DNA from: an uncultured beta proteobacterium
GTDB taxonomy: Bacteria; Pseudomonadota; Gammaproteobacteria; Burkholderiales; Casimicrobiaceae
DNA: 64,000 nt
Direction of reading: 5' to 3'
NCBI GenBank assembly: GCA_963726775.1
Contig: CAVSDL010000008.1
Coordinates: 105,063 to 169,062 of the forward strand
Shown piece after piece: positions 17,815-26,500 of this stretch (position 1 is its first letter; each line of letters begins with the position of its first letter). The notes below the pieces were generated by a model that saw nothing but the letters and a program-made list of their open reading frames with translations, was not told the DNA's origin and searched no databases. A program made the translations under genes and the position numbers.

Positions 17815-19563
17815 ATGAAGCTCCTGCTCGTCACCGTCACGCGCAACCGCAAGGGCCAGGCGGTGCGCGCGGCGCGCACGCTCGACGGCGAGTCGTTCGC
17901 GGTGGGCCGCGGCACGCCGTGCCCCGTCCACTTGCCCGATCCGCGCGTGGCGCTCGAGCACGCCACCATCTTCGCTGCCGGTGGCGCGACCCGGCTCGCG
18001 GCCGTTGGGGCGGCGACGCTGCTGGTGGACGGGCGCCCCGACCCGGAAGCCACGCTTGCGCCGGGCTCGAAGGTCGAAGTCGGACCGTACGTCCTGACGG
18101 TCGAGGTCCCACCCGCGGGCACGGACCTGGCGATCGCGATCGAATTGCAGCGCTCGCTTCCCGACGATCTCGCCGAAATCAAGGCGCGGTCGAGAATGTC
18201 GCTCGCGGCGACCGGCCTCGCGAAACGCAAGCCGGCGTGGGTGCTGTTAGCGATCGTTCTGGTGCTGTTTCTCGCGGTGCCGGTCGTCAACGCGCTGTAT
18301 CCGCCGCTGCGTGCGCTGACGGCGCAATTGCCGTTGACACCGGATCAGTCGTGGACACCGGGGCCGCTGGCGGCGGGACACGATGCCTTCGGCCGCGAGT
18401 GCGGCAAGTGCCATGAGGTCCCGTTCGTCCGCGTGCGCGACCGCACGTGCCTCGGATGCCATCAGAAGACCCCGGGGCACGCACCGACCGCGCAGTTGCA
18501 GGCCGACCTCTTCGGCGACACGCGCTGCGCGAGCTGCCACGCCGACCACAAAGGCACCGACGGACTGGTGCGCGCGGACTCGGCGCTATGCGCGGAATGC
18601 CACCGAGCGCTGAAGCGGCGATTCGCGGACACGGATCTCGGCGACGCTGCCGATTTCACCAAGGAGCATCCTGAATTCAGGCTCACGCTCTGGAGGGGCC
18701 CCGGCAACGACGACGTCGTGCGCGTCGCGCAGTCGGACAAGGCAAACCTCGTCGAAAAATCGCGCCTCAAGTTTCCGCACGAAGATCATATGAAGCAGAG
18801 CATTCGGAGTGCCAAGGGGCGCGTCACGCTGGAATGCCGGAGTTGTCATATGCCCGATGCCAGCGGCCGCTCCTTCGAGCCGGTCAACATGAAGAGACAT
18901 TGCATCGAATGCCACACGCTGGAGTTCGAGCCCGCGGTAACGACGCGCCAGGTTCCACACGGATCGGTCGACGAAGTCATGTTGACCATGCAGGAGTTCT
19001 ATGCAAGCATCGCCTTGAACGACGTCGCGGTCGATACCGTCGATACCGGCGAGATCCGGCGGGGGATACCCAGGCCCGCCGGAGGCACGGTCACCGAGGA
19101 GCAGCGTCAACGCGCCTTGGCGTGGGCCCGCAGCAAGGCCGGCAAGGTCGCGCAGGATCTGTTCGAGGCGCGGGTCTGCATCGTCTGTCACGAGGTCGTC
19201 AGAATGACGGGACCGGGGGGAGGGCAGAGCGAGACGGCCTGGAATGTCGCGCCCGTCCACGTCGCGACGAGTTGGCTTCCCAAGGCGCGGTTCGATCACC
19301 TCAAACATCGCACCTACAAATGCGATGACTGCCACGACCGGGTCGCGAAGTCGAAGTCCAGCAGCGACGTCTCCATCCCCGGCATCGAGTCCTGCCGTGT
19401 CTGTCACGCGGGCAACGAATCCGCGGCGAACAAGGTGGTGTCGACGTGCGTCGCCTGCCACGCCTTCCACGTGCCCGGCCATGCCCCGATGGGCCGACGC
19501 GCCGGCGCGGCCCGCGGGCACGACCTTGCGCGCGCACCGGCGACCTTCGGGAGCGTGAAGTGA
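17815..19563 (+). CDS. FHA domain - TM anchor - decahaem c-type cytochrome
   Basis: ORF 17815..19563. The N-terminal ~100 aa are FHA-like (FAVGRGTPCPVHLPDPRVALEHATIF...LLVDGRP...GSKVEVGPYVLTVE). One TM helix follows (AWVLLAIVLVLFLAVPVV). Ten CXXCH motifs are present: CGKCH, CLGCH, CASCH, CAECH, CRSCH, CIECH, CIVCH, CDDCH, CRVCH, CVACH. Confidence 0.85.
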   Translation: MKLLLVTVTRNRKGQAVRAARTLDGESFAVGRGTPCPVHLPDPRVALEHATIFAAGGATRLAAVGAATLLVDGRPDPEATLAPGSKVEVGPYVLTVEVPPAGTDLAIAIELQRSLPDDLAEIKARSRMSLAATGLAKRKPAWVLLAIVLVLFLAVPVVNALYPPLRALTAQLPLTPDQSWTPGPLAAGHDAFGRECGKCHEVPFVRVRDRTCLGCHQKTPGHAPTAQLQADLFGDTRCASCHADHKGTDGLVRADSALCAECHRALKRRFADTDLGDAADFTKEHPEFRLTLWRGPGNDDVVRVAQSDKANLVEKSRLKFPHEDHMKQSIRSAKGRVTLECRSCHMPDASGRSFEPVNMKRHCIECHTLEFEPAVTTRQVPHGSVDEVMLTMQEFYASIALNDVAVDTVDTGEIRRGIPRPAGGTVTEEQRQRALAWARSKAGKVAQDLFEARVCIVCHEVVRMTGPGGGQSETAWNVAPVHVATSWLPKARFDHLKHRTYKCDDCHDRVAKSKSSSDVSIPGIESCRVCHAGNESAANKVVSTCVACHAFHVPGHAPMGRRAGAARGHDLARAPATFGSVK

Positions 19564-21428
19564 ACGGAGGAAGCCGCGTCTTGCTGGCGGCCATCGTTCT
19601 CGCGGCGCTCGTCGCAGGCTGCGGCGGCGGCGGTGGCAACGGCGGCAGCCAGGTTTCGACGCCGAATGCACTGACGATCGCCGACGTGCAGCAAGTGATC
19701 GCGCAGGCGGTCGCCGAGGCACAGGCGCGAAACGCGAAGGCAACGATTGCGGTCGTCGATCGCGTCGGCAACGTGCTCGCGGTTTTCAGGATGAACGGCG
19801 CGGCAGCGACGTTCACGATCTCATCGGGCAGCGGCGTGGCCGGAGGGCTCGAGGGCCTGAACATCCTGCCTTCCGAACTGGCCGCGATCTCGAAGGCGAT
19901 CACCGGTGCGTATCTTTCGTCGGAAGGCAACGCGTTCACGACGCGGACCGCGAGCCAGATCATCCAGCAGAACTTCAACCCGGGCGAGCAGAACCAGCCG
20001 TCCGGGCCGCTGTCCGGCGTGCAATTCAGTCAGCTTTCGTGCTCCGACCTGAACCAGCAGGAAACGGCGGGGACCGTCGGACCGAAGCGCGCGCCGCTCG
20101 GCCTTTCCGCGGATCCGGGTGGAATGCCGCTCTACAAGGGCAGCACGCTTGTCGGCGGCGTCGGCGTCATCGCCGATGCGACGTATTCGCTCGACGCCGA
20201 TATCCAGAACACCGACACCGCTCCGGACGAATTGATCGCCGTTGCCGGCGCGTCCGGTTTCACCGCGCCCGCCGACCAGCGCGCGAACCGGATTACCGTT
20301 GATGGCCGTTCACTGAGATATGTCGACAGTGAGACGCTTGCGAGCAATCCGGCGAACGCGCCTTCGTTCGCGGCGATCGACGGCATCGCGGGCGCGTTGG
20401 TCAACGTCGCGGGGTACGGTGGCGCCCCAACGCGTTCCGGCGTCGTATTCGGCACGCCGGCGTCCGGTTTTCGCGCCGACACGAGCGCCGCATTTGCGGG
20501 AACCGGCGCGTACACGCTGGTCGACGCGGCCAACGCGGTCCGTTATCCGCCGACGGCCGGAACCGACGGCTACCTTACGCAGGCCGAGGTGACGCAGATC
20601 CTGCGCAGCGCGCTCGACGTCGCCAATCGCGCTCGCGCGCAGATCCGCCGGCCGCTCGGTTCGGCGGCGCAGGTTTCGGTCGTGGTCGTCGACACGAACG
20701 GAGTCGTGCTGGGACTGGTGCGCACGCCGGACGCGCCGGTGTTCGGCACCGACGTCGCGGTGCAGAAGGCCAGAAGCGCGGCGTTCTTCTCGAGCGCCAA
20801 CGCGGCGGCGCTGCTGTCGTCGCTGCCGCCCGCGCAATATCCGACCACTCCGGCCACGACCTCGTCGATCGCGGCGTACGTGACGGCCACACGACTGTTC
20901 CTCAATGATCCGACGGCGCTCGCCAACGGCGTGGCCTACGCGGTACGCAGCGTGGGGAACCTCTCGCGCCCGTACTTTCCCGATGGCATCGCGGGGACTG
21001 CGAACGGGCCGTTTTCGAAGCCGATCGCGATGTGGAGCCCGTTCAATGACGGTCTCCAGCTCGACCTCGTCGCCAACAAGCTCGTCGCCTCGCTGGCGCT
21101 GGGCGACAACTCGACCGGCTGCACCGGACTTTCCCAGCTGCCGAACGGCATCCAGATATTCCCGGGCGGCGTTCCTGTCTTCCGCGGCGGTCAGCTTGCG
21201 GGTGCTGTCGGGGTGTCGGGTGACGGCATCGACCAGGACGACATGGTCGCGTTCCTCGGGCTCGCCAATGCGGGCAAGGCGCTCGGCACGGGTGTCGCCA
21301 ATGCGCCGGCGGCGATCCGCGCCGACAACCTCGTGCCGCAGGGCACGGGCACGCGGCTGCGCTATGTGAATTGTCCGCAGGCGCCGTTCAATGGCAGCAG
21401 CGAACAGAATGTCTGTGCCGGGCTCTGA
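19560..21428 (+). CDS. Lipoprotein with two GlcG/DUF336 (haem-binding/degrading-like) domains
   Basis: GTG 19560 overlaps the upstream stop (GTGA) and gives VNGGSRVLLAAIVLAALVAGC (lipobox). Domain 1 reads LTIADVQQVIAQAVAEAQARNAKATIAVVDRVGNVLAVFRMNGA...GGMPLYKGSTLVGGVGV. Domain 2 reads LTQAEVTQILRSAL...VSVVVVDTNGVVLGLVRT...GGVPVFRGGQLAGAVGVSGDGIDQDD. Confidence 0.7.
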   Translation: MNGGSRVLLAAIVLAALVAGCGGGGGNGGSQVSTPNALTIADVQQVIAQAVAEAQARNAKATIAVVDRVGNVLAVFRMNGAAATFTISSGSGVAGGLEGLNILPSELAAISKAITGAYLSSEGNAFTTRTASQIIQQNFNPGEQNQPSGPLSGVQFSQLSCSDLNQQETAGTVGPKRAPLGLSADPGGMPLYKGSTLVGGVGVIADATYSLDADIQNTDTAPDELIAVAGASGFTAPADQRANRITVDGRSLRYVDSETLASNPANAPSFAAIDGIAGALVNVAGYGGAPTRSGVVFGTPASGFRADTSAAFAGTGAYTLVDAANAVRYPPTAGTDGYLTQAEVTQILRSALDVANRARAQIRRPLGSAAQVSVVVVDTNGVVLGLVRTPDAPVFGTDVAVQKARSAAFFSSANAAALLSSLPPAQYPTTPATTSSIAAYVTATRLFLNDPTALANGVAYAVRSVGNLSRPYFPDGIAGTANGPFSKPIAMWSPFNDGLQLDLVANKLVASLALGDNSTGCTGLSQLPNGIQIFPGGVPVFRGGQLAGAVGVSGDGIDQDDMVAFLGLANAGKALGTGVANAPAAIRADNLVPQGTGTRLRYVNCPQAPFNGSSEQNVCAGL

Positions 21429-23547
21429 CTTGTTGCGCGCAGCGTGCGCTGCGCTCGCCGTGGCGGCGATGGCCGGCGCCGGCGTTACGCTGGCGCAGAC
21501 TCCCGCCGCGGCGGCCAGAGGCGCGGCGGGGGCTGCGGCAAAGCCGGTCGATGGCCGCTACGGTATGCAGGTCCTCGCCGAGATCGTCAGCGTCCATTCG
21601 GAGCCGAACCCCAGGTCGGCGGTACTTGCCGATCTGCAACAGGGCGCAAAGCTGGAGGCCGATCAGCGCCGCGGCACCTGGTATCGCATCCGGCTTGCGG
21701 ACGGTCGCATCGGATGGATCGGCTACGTCGTCGGCAAGACGAGCGCGAATTTTTCGGTGGACGCCACGCCGGGGCTGGCGCGTGGCGTGCCGAGCGGCGC
21801 CGGTCAGCAGCCGGGGACTGTGGCCGCCGAGCCCGTGGCGCCGCCGGTTGTTGCCGCCGAAGCGGTTCCCGACGATCGCATCGTCGTGCAGCGACCGATG
21901 GGCAGACCGATCGAGCCGCCGATTCCCGAGATCGATCCAGCACAGGTGCCGCCTCCGGAGCCGCTCCTGCCGCGCGAGTCGATCCCGGTGCCCGACCGCT
22001 GGCGACTCACCGATCAGCTCGGCCTCACCGACAATCGCTGGTACGACCCGTACAACCCGAACACGCTGAAGGGCGACCGACCGGTATTCGGCGGCGACTG
22101 GTTCTTCAGCCTGGGCATCGTGTCCGACACGCTCTTCGAAGCGCGCCAGATTCCGACGCCCATCGGCGCGCAGTCCACCGATCGCCCGCAGTCGAACGAC
22201 CAGTTCGGCCGCAACCGGCAGTCGCAGTTCAACGAGAACCTGATCGTCAGCCTGTCGCTGCTGAAGGGCGACACGACGTTCAAGCCGCCGGAAATCGAGC
22301 TGCGGTTCGTGCCGGTCATCAACTTCAACCGCACGGACGTCGGCGAAGTCCGCGTGCTGAAGATCGATCCGCGCCAGGGGACGACGCGCAACGACAGCCA
22401 GGTCGCGGTGCAGGAGCTGTTCGTCGACTACGAGTACCACATCGCCTCCGAGCATTACGACTTCGACAGCGTTCGCGTCGGCATTCAGCCTATCACCGCC
22501 GATTTCCGCGGCCTGCTGTTCCTCGACCAGCCGCTGGGCATCCGCCTGTTCGGCACCCGCGACAACAACCAGTGGCAGTACAACTTCGGGTGGTTCCGCC
22601 GCCTCGAGAAGGACACCAACAGCGGCTTGAACGACATTGGCAAGCCTCTGCGCAACGAGAACATCTTTCTCGCCAACGTGTACCGCCAGGACTTCTGGGT
22701 TCCGGGATTCACGCTGCAAGGCACGGTGATCTACGACGACAACCGCGAGAGCGCGGACGCCTACTACGACAAGAACGGGTTCCAGGTCCGGCCCGCCATC
22801 ATGGGCGACGCGCGGCCGCACACGTATCAGGTCACCTACGTCGGCCTCAATGGCGACGGTCACTTCGGCCGCTGGAACCTCACCGCGTCGCTGTACGGCG
22901 CATTCGGGACGGTCAGCCACGATTCCCTTGCGCAGCAGAAGGTCGACGTCGCCGCCGCCTACGCGGTCGCCGAAGTCTCGCGCGATTTCGACTGGATCCG
23001 CGTGCGCGGCACGGGTCTTCTCCAGAGCGGCGACAAGGATCCGTTCGACAACAAGGCGACCGGCTTCGACGCGATCTACGAAAATCCGCAGATCGCCGGC
23101 GCGGACACCAGTTATTGGATCCGGCAGTCGGTCCCGCTGATCGGCGGCGGAGGCATAGCGCTCTCCGGACGCAACGGCGTGCTCGCCGCGCTGCGCTCGT
23201 CGAAGGACGAGGGCCAGGCCAATTTCACCAACCCCGGGCTCGCGCTGATCGGCGTGGGTGCCGACGCCGATCTCACGCCGCGCTGGCGCGTCATCGGCAA
23301 CCTGAACCAGTTGTGGTTCGCCAATACGTCGTCGCTGTCCGTCCTGCGCAACCAGGGCACGATCAGCCGCACCGTGGGCACCGACGTGTCGATGGCGGTC
23401 CAGTACCGTCCGCTGTTCTCGCAGAACGTCGTCCTGAATGCATCCGCGGCGGCGCTGATTCCGGGGCAGGGGCTGAAGCAGCTGTACGCGTTCGACGGCG
23501 GCAAGACGCAGTACTCGATCCTCTTCAACCTGCTGCTGACCTATTGA
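21409..23547 (+). CDS. Outer-membrane beta-barrel protein with N-terminal bacterial SH3-like domain
   Basis: ORF 21391..23547. ATG 21409 gives the signal peptide MSVPGSDLLRAACAALAVAAMAGAGVTLAQ. An SH3b-like segment follows (SVHSEPNPRSAVLADLQQGAKLEADQRRGTWYRIRLADGRIGWIGYV), then a Pro-rich linker. The remaining ~480 aa have alternating amphipathic strands and end in the aromatic terminus LFNLLLTY. Confidence 0.65.
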   Translation: MSVPGSDLLRAACAALAVAAMAGAGVTLAQTPAAAARGAAGAAAKPVDGRYGMQVLAEIVSVHSEPNPRSAVLADLQQGAKLEADQRRGTWYRIRLADGRIGWIGYVVGKTSANFSVDATPGLARGVPSGAGQQPGTVAAEPVAPPVVAAEAVPDDRIVVQRPMGRPIEPPIPEIDPAQVPPPEPLLPRESIPVPDRWRLTDQLGLTDNRWYDPYNPNTLKGDRPVFGGDWFFSLGIVSDTLFEARQIPTPIGAQSTDRPQSNDQFGRNRQSQFNENLIVSLSLLKGDTTFKPPEIELRFVPVINFNRTDVGEVRVLKIDPRQGTTRNDSQVAVQELFVDYEYHIASEHYDFDSVRVGIQPITADFRGLLFLDQPLGIRLFGTRDNNQWQYNFGWFRRLEKDTNSGLNDIGKPLRNENIFLANVYRQDFWVPGFTLQGTVIYDDNRESADAYYDKNGFQVRPAIMGDARPHTYQVTYVGLNGDGHFGRWNLTASLYGAFGTVSHDSLAQQKVDVAAAYAVAEVSRDFDWIRVRGTGLLQSGDKDPFDNKATGFDAIYENPQIAGADTSYWIRQSVPLIGGGGIALSGRNGVLAALRSSKDEGQANFTNPGLALIGVGADADLTPRWRVIGNLNQLWFANTSSLSVLRNQGTISRTVGTDVSMAVQYRPLFSQNVVLNASAAALIPGQGLKQLYAFDGGKTQYSILFNLLLTY

Positions 23548-23549
23548 GA

Positions 23550-26500
23550 ATGCGCGCGATGGCACATGGCAATCGTCGGACCGGCGACCGTCGGCAAGGA
23601 CAGGCGCGCGCCGGTGCCGTCTGCGCGGCGTGGCTGCCTCTGGCGGCCGGCGCGGTTCTCGCCGTGCTCTCCGCGCTGGCCTACGGGACCGGCGGGGAGT
23701 CGCCGGTGGCGCGCAACTACCTGCCGCAGGCGCCGGCGCCGGAACGCCAGACGCTCGCCGTGGCACAGGTGAAGTCGCAAGGCTGCAAGAGCTGCCACAC
23801 GGCGAGCGACCACGAGACGATGCACGTCAACCCCGCGGTGATCCTGGGATGCGCGGACTGCCACGGCGGCGACCCGAAGGTCACGAGGCCGCAGGGTGCG
23901 GAGCCGAAGGACCCGGCCTACCGGAACGCCGTGGCGAGCGCGCACGTGCTGCCGCGCTATCCGGTGGCGTGGAAATATCCGTCGAGCGCCAATCCGCCCG
24001 ACAGCTACACGCTGCTCAACCGCGAGGCGCCCGAATACGTGCGCTTCGTCAATCCCGGGGATTACCGCGTGGCGCGGGAATCCTGCGGCGCCTGCCATCT
24101 GCGCATCATCCAGGCGACCGAGCGAAGCCTGATGTCCAGCAGCGCCATGCTGTGGGGCGGCGGGTCGTACAACAACGGCATCCTGCCCTTCAAGCGCTAC
24201 GTGCTGGGCGAAGCGTATACGGCGCAAAGCGAGGCGGCGACGATCGTCAATCCGATCCCGCCGACGCCGCTGATGACCGAGAAAGGCATCCTGCCGCGGC
24301 TCTACCCGTTGCCGGCCTGGGAAACCGTGCCGCCGGGCGACGTCTTTCGCGTTTTCGAGCGCGGCGGGCGCGTGATCTCGAGCCAGTTCCCGGAAATCGG
24401 ACTGCCGAACATTGCCGGCGCGCTGCAAAGGCTCGACGAGCCCGGTCGCCCCGACATCCGGCAGTCGAACCGCGGGCCGGGCACCGGGCTCCGCATTTCG
24501 GTGCCGGTGCTCAACATCACGAAGACGCGGTTGAACGATCCGCACATGTGGTTCCTCGGGACGAACGAGCAGCCGGGTGACTACCGGTCGTCGGGGTGCT
24601 CCGGCTGCCACGCCGTCTACGCGAACGACCGCGACCCGAAGCACAGCGGCCCTTACGCGGCGTTCGGTCACGAAGGGCAGTCGCAAACCGCCGATCCGAC
24701 GATCGCGCGGGGCGAGTCCGGCCACCCGCTGAAGCACGAGTTAACGCGGGCGATTCCCTCGTCGCAGTGCATGGTCTGCCACATGCACCAGCCGAACGTT
24801 TTCGTGAATTCGTATTTCGGATTCATCATGTGGGACTACGAATCCGACGCGCCTTTCATGTGGCCGGAGAAGCAGCGTTACCCGACCGGCGCCGAGACGC
24901 GCGCGATCCTCGACCGCAATCCCGAGGAGGCGGCGATCCGCGGCAAGTGGAGCGACCCCGAGTTCCTTAAGGACGTCAGCGCGCTCAACGCGCAGCTCAA
25001 GGATACGCAGTTCGCCGACTACCACGGCCACGGCTGGAACTTCCGCGCGGTGTTCAAGCGCGACCGCAAGGGAACGCTGCAGGACAAGGACGGCAAGCCG
25101 GTCTCCGACGACGACCCGGACAAGTTCAAGAAGGCGGTGCACCTGACGTCGATCCACATGGACCTCGGCATGCACTGCGTGGACTGCCACTTCGCGCAGG
25201 ACGCGCACGGCAACGGCCACATCTACGGCGAGGTGGCGGCGGCCATCGAGATCGACTGCGCCGACTGCCATGGTACGGCGACGAAGTATCCGACGCTCTT
25301 CACGTCCGGCCCGGCTTCGCAGCCCGGCGGCACCGACCTGTCGCTGCTGCGCACGCAGGACGGGCGCAAGCGCTTCGAGTGGCGCGACGGCAAGCTCTAC
25401 CAGCGCGCGGCGCTCGACCCCGACAAGGAATGGGAGATGTCGCTGGTCAAGGACACCGTCAATCCGCTGCATCCGAAGTACAACGTCAAGGCCGCCAGGG
25501 CGAAGCTCATGTCGACCGGCGACTCGATGCAGTGGGGGCCCGGCGTCGACCCGCAGAAATACGCGCACGGCGACGACAAGGTGACCTGCCAGACCTGCCA
25601 CCTGTCGTGGACCACCAGCTGCGCGGGCTGCCACCTGCCGATCCAGGCGAACGCGAAGACCGAGCGCCACCACTACGAGGGCGGCGAAACGCGCAACTTC
25701 GCGACGTACAACCCGCAGGTCGCGCGCGACGACATGTTCCAGCTCGGCCGCCACGGCGATGCGAAGAACTTCAGGATCGCGCCGGTGCGCTCCAGCTCGG
25801 CGCTGGTGCTGTCGTCGACCAACATCAACCGCGAGCGGATCTACATCCAGCAGCCACCCGTCGCGGCGTCGGGATTCAGCTCGCAGGCGTTTGCGCCGCA
25901 CTATCCGCATACCGAGCGCAAGACCGAGACCAAGACCTGCCCCGACTGCCATCTGTCGAAGAGCAACGACAACAACGCGATCATGGCGCAACTCCTCCTG
26001 CAGGGGACGAATTTCGTCAACTTCGTCGGCTACAACGCGTGGGTCGGCGAGGAGCGCCGCGTCACTGCCGTGCAGGTGACCGAGTGGGACGAGCCGCAGG
26101 CCGTGATCGGCAGCTACCTGCACCGCTACGCGTACCCCGACTGGTACGCCCAGCACCAGCAGCGCGACAAACGGCTGCCGACGATGTCGACGCACGACAC
26201 GAAGGGCGCCGCCCGCTGCCTGCAACTGCGCGGCGAATACCTCTACGTCGCCGAAGGCGCGGGAGGGATGCGCGTCTACGACGTCGCCAGCATCGCCAAC
26301 AAGGGAGTGTCGCAGAAGATCCTGAGCGCGCCGTTCGCGCCCTGGGGCCAGGACACGCACATCCGCTCGACGAACGCCACCTGCGTGGCGCTGCCGACCA
26401 ACCAGCCGATCGCCCCGCAGCGCAACGAGGGCGATCTGATGCGGGTGACGAATCAGGAGCAGCCGTTCCACCCGATGTACAACTACGCGGCGATCACCGA

